Shown here: in pieces, positions 57,820 through 64,000 of the stretch
Layout: the number at the start of each line of letters is the position of its first letter
Numbering within the stretch: position 1 is the first letter of the stretch
IMG/VR virus record: IMGVR_UViG_3300032213_003338
Span: 1 to 64,000 of that record
Length of the DNA: 64,000 nucleotides
Strand: one strand, 5' to 3'
From: a virus
Position numbers and translations under genes: made by a program
Notes under the pieces: generated by a model
Databases searched by the model: none
What the model saw: the letters and a program-made list of their open reading frames with translations, nothing else
What the model was told of the DNA's origin: nothing

Positions 57820-58573
57820 TTACGGACACGTTGAGCTTGTTGATCATATGGGAAACGATCTAACGGTCGTTAATTCTGCGCGCGTTTCATTTAATAAAGA
57901 AAGCTCGTGGGCTATGGACTATCCATTTGGAGAAAGCGATGAAAGCCCAATTAAGACGCTGTCTCAAAAAGACAAAGCCCTAATTAAATATTTAGCTGAA
58001 CACAAGCACTGGACGCCATTTTCGCATCCGCAGATTACACTTCGGATCAAGGCCCCTATTTTTGTTCGAACACAGCTTTTTAAACATAAAGTTGGCTTCA
58101 CCGAAAACGAAGTCTCAAGACGATATGTTCAAGAAGATCCACAAATATACTATCCAAGATGGCGCGGAAAACCAACAAATGGTGCAAAGCAAGGCTCAGA
58201 GGACTTTTTAGATATAAATGAAGACTATAATTACGTGAATCGTTGCTATTCAATGGCTGTTGAAGAAGCAATGACAACGTATAGAATGCTTATTAATAAA
58301 GGAGTGGCCCCTGAACAAGCCCGATCTATTCTTCCACAGGGCGCTTACACCGAGTGGTGGTGGACTGGATCTCTTGCCGCATACGCTCGCGTGTATTCAC
58401 AAAGATCGGACCCTCACGCGCAATGGGAAGTTAGACAGTACGCTGATGTTTTTGACAAGATAATCGGACCACTTTTTCCGGTTTCTTGGGAGTGCTTAAC
58501 AAATGTCAAGACGTCAGGAACTGCTAGAGAAAATAATCATTACAAGCCTGTCTCTAAAGTCGAACAGCAATAA
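57794..58573 (+). CDS. thyX: Flavin-dependent thymidylate synthase
   Basis: VVNSARVSF, HWTPF, APIFVRTQLFKH, NEVSRRY, GVAPEQARSILPQ, HAQWEVR. Confidence 0.95.
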   Translation: MKMRIKVLDYGHVELVDHMGNDLTVVNSARVSFNKESSWAMDYPFGESDESPIKTLSQKDKALIKYLAEHKHWTPFSHPQITLRIKAPIFVRTQLFKHKVGFTENEVSRRYVQEDPQIYYPRWRGKPTNGAKQGSEDFLDINEDYNYVNRCYSMAVEEAMTTYRMLINKGVAPEQARSILPQGAYTEWWWTGSLAAYARVYSQRSDPHAQWEVRQYADVFDKIIGPLFPVSWECLTNVKTSGTARENNHYKPVSKVEQQ

Positions 58574-59180
58574 GATTGTATATGACCACGCTTTTGTAAA
58601 TGAGCACGGCTTTTACGCCTGTGTTGTTGACACCGCCTCTCTTGATCTTTTTGAGCCTGGGCTACCACAAAATAATAGATTAATATCAGCAATAAACTAC
58701 CCATATCAGGGTCTTAGCAAGGACAGCGCGCTTGACTGCCTTGTTAAGACCTTTTCAATTATGAATAGTTCTTGTATGGGCGTAATAACAAGTCTAGATA
58801 AAAGTGATGTCGAGTCTGGTAATTACGAAAAAATGAGGGAGTTTCTTCTAGAGCTTTCTGAGCTTTCAGCGGTGGAAAAAAGAGTCGCTGTTGAGTTTTC
58901 TTGGCTTAAGTCCGACGAGCATTTGTCAAAACTGTTGAGCGTTGTTGCGCCGTATGAAGAAGTGCGTCTGGTTTTTTCTGGATTTTTATCAAACCCGAAA
59001 GACCTTAAAGAATTAAAGCAAGCCGCCAAAATATGCAAGGTCTCTGGCTTTGATAATTACGAGTACTTTGGATCAGTTCCAAACAAGATATCTAATATAT
59101 TCTCGATATTTGATATGGGATACAAGCTTGTCGGAACGCCTTCTCAGGCAATTCCAAAGCTGTTGCTAGATAAATTATGA
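58503..59180 (+). CDS. Degenerate DeoC/aldolase-like TIM-barrel protein
   Basis: SAINYPYQG resembles DeoC VxGFPxG; catalytic Lys motifs are not evident. Confidence 0.35.
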   Translation: MSRRQELLEKIIITSLSLKSNSNKIVYDHAFVNEHGFYACVVDTASLDLFEPGLPQNNRLISAINYPYQGLSKDSALDCLVKTFSIMNSSCMGVITSLDKSDVESGNYEKMREFLLELSELSAVEKRVAVEFSWLKSDEHLSKLLSVVAPYEEVRLVFSGFLSNPKDLKELKQAAKICKVSGFDNYEYFGSVPNKISNIFSIFDMGYKLVGTPSQAIPKLLLDKL

Positions 59181-59227
59181 TTGGTATTAAAAAACAAACT
59201 AGTGTATTTTAAAACAAGAGGATAAAC

Positions 59228-59842
59228 ATGGCAACTAAATCAACTTCTAGTGCAACTACATATACAACAGCTGAATCAAACTTCGCTCAAACTGCTCGCG
59301 GCCTTGGTATCAGAAGAAACCAAGACACCCCACCAAGCCCAACATTTGATAAGCTTGGAAACTTTACAAGCCTTTCAAAGGCTGACGTCTCTGTACCAAG
59401 CTATGTAACAACCACATTTGCTGCCGGAAGCTTCACAGCAAGAGTTGCTGGCTTTGCCCAGACAGAATTTAGAAGAAAGCCAGGCGACACTACTCTTGCT
59501 TCCGCACAGCCGCTAGCTGGAATCCCAGAAAGAGTTGCGGACGGTGGCCAAAGAACATACTCACTAATTAAACAATACGATCTAAAAGAAAACGTTCAAA
59601 GCGGTGAGGCTACAAGATGGATGGATCTTTACGGTCGTGTTCTTGAAGTTAACGGATCTAACATAGCAATTCTTAACGACAAAGCCGCTAACGCTGAAAT
59701 CACATCCACAACCTTTAGTGCAGATACAGCCTCTGGTAATGAGACATACGCTAAGAACAAGGGTCTTACTTACTACACAAAGTACACTGGCGGAAACAAA
59801 TCAATAGGTGGGGTTGAAGCATTCAGCGTAGGCAAAGGATAA
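59228..59842 (+). CDS. Putative virion structural protein
   Basis: Late motif at 59202-59207, AGAGGA RBS, Thr/Ala/Gly rich. Confidence 0.6.
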   Translation: MATKSTSSATTYTTAESNFAQTARGLGIRRNQDTPPSPTFDKLGNFTSLSKADVSVPSYVTTTFAAGSFTARVAGFAQTEFRRKPGDTTLASAQPLAGIPERVADGGQRTYSLIKQYDLKENVQSGEATRWMDLYGRVLEVNGSNIAILNDKAANAEITSTTFSADTASGNETYAKNKGLTYYTKYTGGNKSIGGVEAFSVGKG

Positions 59843-59854
59843 AAGGCATAAAAA

Positions 59855-60463
59855 ATGTCAACAAACATAACAACACTAAATAATAACAAGAGCGTCTTTA
59901 AAGGCGGCGGTAGAGATATCGGCCCTGCGGCTGGTGATGTTCAGCACAACGACATAAGACCAACCCAACCAAACAACCAATTCACAACCTTTAGAGGCCC
60001 AAAACAACTGCAAATTTCAGCTGGCACCACAGAAGTATTCAATGTTAGAGCAATGCAGCTTGATGATGATGATCAAACTATTGCCATTAAGTTTAACTCT
60101 CCATCAGAATGCTTTACTGGTAACGGTGGAATGTTTATATCAGAGCACGACTTTATCATTGACAGCATAAAATTTAGATCAAGCAGCCCAAACGTTGGCG
60201 CCCTTACAGCAACACTCTTTAAATCAAATAGCGGAACCGCTTTTTCTGCCGGTACAGCCATTACTGCTGCGATGGACTTAACAACAGCAGCTCACACCGT
60301 TGCAACTGGTGCGTTGGTATCAGATACTGCTAGAACTGTAGTAAGGGGACAATCTGTTGGTCTAGTATTTACCGGCACACCCGATCAGGCTTCTGGCGTA
60401 CTTTTTAGCGTCAAGGCTAGACGCGTAATACCAGGAACAAGATTCGACAACTACCTAGAATAA
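59855..60463 (+). CDS. Putative virion structural protein (beta-sandwich)
   Basis: Thr/Ala/Gly rich, in the late operon. Confidence 0.6.
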   Translation: MSTNITTLNNNKSVFKGGGRDIGPAAGDVQHNDIRPTQPNNQFTTFRGPKQLQISAGTTEVFNVRAMQLDDDDQTIAIKFNSPSECFTGNGGMFISEHDFIIDSIKFRSSSPNVGALTATLFKSNSGTAFSAGTAITAAMDLTTAAHTVATGALVSDTARTVVRGQSVGLVFTGTPDQASGVLFSVKARRVIPGTRFDNYLE

Positions 60464-60471
60464 GGATAAAA

Positions 60472-60855
60472 ATGTCAAACATTAAAAATTTACTATCGAA
60501 ACTACAAAAGGCTGTTGGCCAAGACGAAATGGGTATGACTCAGATGCAAATGATGATGCAGCAGCCAGAGATGGGTGGTGGTATGCAATCAGCTCCTGCC
60601 GAAATGCCCGAAATGCCAGAGATGCAAATGATGAGCGAAGAAGAGCCAGAAATGGAAGAAATGGATACCTCTGAGGTTGATGAAGAGACCAAAGAAATGT
60701 TTATGAGCGACATCAATGCTCTTATCGCAAACGCTGGCGATATTGCTAATCACGTTTCTCAAGGCAAAGAAATTGAAGCTTGGATGCTTGGCAAAATAAC
60801 ATTAGCCGCAGATTATATCTCTGCAGTTCGTGATAATTTTGTTGGTGATAAATAA
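60472..60855 (+). CDS. Met/Glu-rich head-associated protein with shared leader
   Basis: MSNIKNLLSKLQKAVG; C-terminal EAWMLGKITLAADYI motif. Confidence 0.65.
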   Translation: MSNIKNLLSKLQKAVGQDEMGMTQMQMMMQQPEMGGGMQSAPAEMPEMPEMQMMSEEEPEMEEMDTSEVDEETKEMFMSDINALIANAGDIANHVSQGKEIEAWMLGKITLAADYISAVRDNFVGDK

Positions 60856-60879
60856 ATAAATAAAACAACGTAAAAGTAA

Positions 60880-60904
60880 GAACCGGCAGCAATGCCGGTT
60901 TTTG
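60880..60904 (+). terminator. Intrinsic terminator
   Basis: AACCGGCA-GCAA-TGCCGGTT followed by TTT. Confidence 0.75.
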
Positions 60905-61813
60905 CTATACTTAAATGTGATAGCAAATATTTATACAATTATAAGCCCTCTATGCGACGATTACTATTTAAGCGGTGGCCATACCACTGGCAGAGATCTT
61001 ATTAATGCCTTGAAAGAGGCCGGGTATTTTGTAAATGTTATAACACCAAATGATCCTTTTCAGACACCAGACAGCGCAGATCTTTGTGTGTTTTTTGATT
61101 TATTCAATGATCCAGGCGGATCAAAATGGTTTGGCCCTGGCGAGCAAAGACAGTTTTTAAATACTAAAAAACCAACTGTTGTTTTTGAATGCGCGTATAC
61201 TGGAGCAACCCCAGAAGAATACGGCGGCTGGATGATACAGCCAGATGTTAGATACCAACCAAACGCAATAAAGACATTTATGGCTGGGTTGATGACAAAC
61301 AGCTTTGTTAATATATTTTTAAGCCCACTTCATTATAACGAGTGGTGCAAGTTTATTGGTAATCAAATCCCAAACCCGTTTTGCTATTTTCAAAAAATAG
61401 ACTCTGGTATATTCAATAACAAAGGATACGAAAGACCAATTAACGTTCTATATGTCGGGGCAATAACAGAAGCCAAGGGTGTTGTTGAAGCCCAGTATAT
61501 GTTTGGAAACAACATAAAGTTTATTGGGCGAGGAAATCTAGATCTCATAGATCAACAAAACTATTTAGGAACTGGAACTCCGCAAGAAATAGCAGAAGTT
61601 ATGAATAAGGCTACGTTCTTTATACACACACCAAACTGGAAAGAGGCGTCAGCAAGAACAGTTGTAGAAGCGGCGATGTGCGGATGTAAACTGATTGTAA
61701 ATGAAAACGTTGGGGCTTGCTCGTTTGGTATTACTGATTTGTCAAACCCCTATTACGGGCAAAAATCATTTAATGATTTGGTTAGTGCAATAAAATCAAT
61801 CAAGGGATCATAA
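60902..61813 (+). CDS. GT-B glycosyltransferase (group 1-like)
   Basis: LYVGAITEAKG; FIHTPNWKEASARTVVEAAMCG; start uncertain. Confidence 0.8.
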   Translation: MLYLNVIANIYTIISPLCDDYYLSGGHTTGRDLINALKEAGYFVNVITPNDPFQTPDSADLCVFFDLFNDPGGSKWFGPGEQRQFLNTKKPTVVFECAYTGATPEEYGGWMIQPDVRYQPNAIKTFMAGLMTNSFVNIFLSPLHYNEWCKFIGNQIPNPFCYFQKIDSGIFNNKGYERPINVLYVGAITEAKGVVEAQYMFGNNIKFIGRGNLDLIDQQNYLGTGTPQEIAEVMNKATFFIHTPNWKEASARTVVEAAMCGCKLIVNENVGACSFGITDLSNPYYGQKSFNDLVSAIKSIKGS

Positions 61814-61814
61814 A

Positions 61815-63020
61815 TTGACTTCTGAATTAATAAAAAACATTGTTCAAGAATCTTCTTTAATCATTGACATTGGCGCAAATGTTGGTCAAACTTTTCTTGA
61901 GTATAAGTCTATAAACCCAAACGCTATTGTGGCTTCAATAGAAGCTAATCCACAATGTGAGGAAGCTTTAAAACAATCAGGAGCAAATTATAAAATTATT
62001 GCTTTAGGTGAAAAGGCGGCAGATAATAAAGATTTTTATATAAACAAGAATGAGCCAACATGCCAAGGAGCCTCTTTCTTTAAAGAAAACACGGCTCACT
62101 ATGATGAAGGTAATTTTAATACGATTAAAGTGCCTACCATCACATTAGATGAGTTGACAGGATTCCAGACTTTTGATTTTATAAAGATTGATACGCAAGG
62201 CTCTGAGATGTCAATTATTAACGGAGGGGTTAATACTCTCGCAAGAACAAAGTGGCTTTTAATTGAACTGCCTGTGTTGGAATACAATGCTGGAGCCGCC
62301 TCGTCTGAAGATATTATTAATAGACTTTATGAGATTGGTTTTACCCCAAAACAAATAATTAAAGATAATAAATTTGGAGATACAGTTGTGCAGCAAGATG
62401 TATTGTTTATAAACACTAAATATGATCAAGATATCTTAGGCAGTGATTCTCCTCGAAAAACGCTTGGTGTAAAATATGATTTATTGTTATGGGCTTATGA
62501 AAAAATAAAGCCTCAATACTTTGTTGAAGTTGGCACATATAAATGCCAAACCTCTATTGGTTTATTTAAAACACATCTTCCTAACAAGGCTTATTTGCTT
62601 GATCTTTTTGAAAAAGCCCCACCTGAAGAACTACCACCTAACGACTTACCAATTACATCAGATCAAGCAGTGGGGCTGATACAAGAAAATTTTGGCGACG
62701 ATTTTGATTGTGGGGTTGTGGTTGGTAATTCAATTGATACACTGCCCGTTGTTGTGGATGCGATAAACTCATTTGATGCTGGTTCAACATTTATTTTCGT
62801 GGATGGCGGACATAGTTACGACACCACCCTTGCTGATCTAATGAATGTTAATTTAATAAAACATGAGCTATATGTGGCTATTGATGACGCAAACTTTTCT
62901 GGGGTTGCTCCTGCTATAGACGGATTTATTAATGCTGTTCGTAATCGAAACCCACAGCTTGTAGCGCATAGACCCAATTTAGTTATTTTTAAATTAGACC
63001 CACATGAACATAACGCTTAA
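61815..63020 (+). CDS. Two-domain SAM methyltransferase (FkbM plus a second class I domain)
   Basis: IDIGANVG..IKIDTQGSE; then VEVGTY..FVDGGHSY..IDD. Confidence 0.85.
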   Translation: MTSELIKNIVQESSLIIDIGANVGQTFLEYKSINPNAIVASIEANPQCEEALKQSGANYKIIALGEKAADNKDFYINKNEPTCQGASFFKENTAHYDEGNFNTIKVPTITLDELTGFQTFDFIKIDTQGSEMSIINGGVNTLARTKWLLIELPVLEYNAGAASSEDIINRLYEIGFTPKQIIKDNKFGDTVVQQDVLFINTKYDQDILGSDSPRKTLGVKYDLLLWAYEKIKPQYFVEVGTYKCQTSIGLFKTHLPNKAYLLDLFEKAPPEELPPNDLPITSDQAVGLIQENFGDDFDCGVVVGNSIDTLPVVVDAINSFDAGSTFIFVDGGHSYDTTLADLMNVNLIKHELYVAIDDANFSGVAPAIDGFINAVRNRNPQLVAHRPNLVIFKLDPHEHNA

Positions 63021-63504
63021 CGTTTCTGAAATTAAAATATGTGAATGGATAGCAAAAAACAGATACGCCTCCAATAGAAACGGGGGCGTTTCTGATAAAA
63101 AGATCGGTCCTCAGTCGTGTGAAGAAACGGATCTAGAGGGAATATGTGGAGAGTTTGCTTTTTGCAAAGCTCTTAATTTATATCCAGATATGTCCATAAG
63201 TCCAAGAAAAGGCTCACATGATGTATTTGCCTTTGGTAAAACAATAGACGTTAAAACAACAAAATACAAAACCGGTAAGCTGCTAGCTAGACAGTCAAAG
63301 AACGAAGCCCCTTCTGAGATTTACGTTTTAATTGTTGGTCAGTGTCCTTCATATAAAATAGCTGGATGGTGTAGTGGATCAGATCTTATTAAAGACAGCA
63401 ATCTTTTAGATCTTGGTTACGGAAAAACATACGGACTTGAGCAGTCTGCGCTCAAGCCCGTAGAAAAGATTAAGGCGTCTTTTTTATCTAACCTTAAGAA
63501 TTGA
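63004..63504 (+). CDS. Hypothetical protein, nuclease-like
   Basis: GEFAF..D..IDVKTT. Confidence 0.55.
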   Translation: MNITLNVSEIKICEWIAKNRYASNRNGGVSDKKIGPQSCEETDLEGICGEFAFCKALNLYPDMSISPRKGSHDVFAFGKTIDVKTTKYKTGKLLARQSKNEAPSEIYVLIVGQCPSYKIAGWCSGSDLIKDSNLLDLGYGKTYGLEQSALKPVEKIKASFLSNLKN

Positions 63505-64000
63505 CATTACTGTATCCATTATTTGCTTTTCGGTTGTTATTTTATCTTGGGCCATTTTAAGATTTGCAGCTAACGCGCAGTTGTCTCCACCAAGTTCAGC
63601 ACATGTTTTACCAGCGTGGAAAATACCCCCCACGCATTCTGCTGGTGCACCTACTTCACTACACCTAAAGCCGCCAAAGTCACCATCAGGACTACAGCAA
63701 GCGCCAGTCTGAGCAACTAAAAACATGCACTTAACTGCGTAAAGCCGACGAATAATATCAACCATTTCATTAATATCTGCATTACTAGGACAATTTACTA
63801 GATTATTATTTTCGTCCCTTCCGCAATGATATGATCTTATCATACGTTCAACGAAACCATTAGGACCAAATACGGAACCCCATGTTGAAGGGTCGTCAGG
63901 ATTAAATTCTGGGTGCTGCCTTTGCCAAGTCAAAGGCTGATCTCTGGTCGTTACAATTTGTTTTGACCCCTCGTCTTCATTGATGTATAACGCCTCGCAC
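63484..64000 (-). CDS. Cys-rich protein, probably truncated by the window edge
   Basis: GACC..C..C.GGIFH.GKTC module; the frame is open toward the window end. Confidence 0.55.
   Translation of the reverse strand, partial: CEALYINEDEGSKQIVTTRDQPLTWQRQHPEFNPDDPSTWGSVFGPNGFVERMIRSYHCGRDENNNLVNCPSNADINEMVDIIRRLYAVKCMFLVAQTGACCSPDGDFGGFRCSEVGAPAECVGGIFHAGKTCAELGGDNCALAANLKMAQDKITTEKQIMDTVMSILKVR

Larger units (their letters stand above)
2555..59207. promoter_or_regulatory. Dispersed late-promoter motif GTGTAT(A/T)
   Basis: Minus-strand copies at 2555, 4299, 4841, 6250, 7949, 9639, 12487, 16818, 17174, 17522, 19276. Plus-strand copies at 14900, 19302, 20198, 38279, 52852, 59202. Each lies about 7-27 nt before a start codon in the matching orientation. 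Confidence 0.8.

Noticed and set aside
60530-60670. ATGCC(C/A)GA(A/G) and ATG-rich short repeats
   Set aside because: Explained by low-complexity Met/Pro/Glu coding sequence.

Overview
This is a 64-kb piece of a large tailed dsDNA phage genome, read in the standard code with no sign of recoding. Positions 1-15 kb (mostly minus strand) hold the head and packaging module: putative neck genes, major capsid, decoration protein, protease/scaffold, holin-like gene, portal, TerL, ERCC4-type nuclease, HNH, GDP-mannose dehydratase and a sigma-like factor. Positions 15-21 kb hold late-promoter genes, including a lysozyme, whose otherwise unrelated products share an N-terminal amphipathic leader. At about 23.33 kb the GC content jumps abruptly. 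A plus-strand early/middle region follows, with GC declining gradually. It begins with one protein gene and then about 1.2 kb of non-coding, densely base-paired sequence, a candidate large ncRNA and the top finding. Next come many small genes, rIIA/rIIB, DUF932, UvsE, QueC-like, TrmH, ThyX, an ECF sigma factor and five tRNAs, two of them atypical. Late structural and glycan-modifying genes resume at 59 kb. A recurrent GTGTAT(A/T) motif marks late genes. A VPGP-type PEP-CTERM-like tail and the GC-rich early genes suggest a GC-rich host such as a planctomycete (inference). All calls come from reading motifs by eye; no database searches were run.
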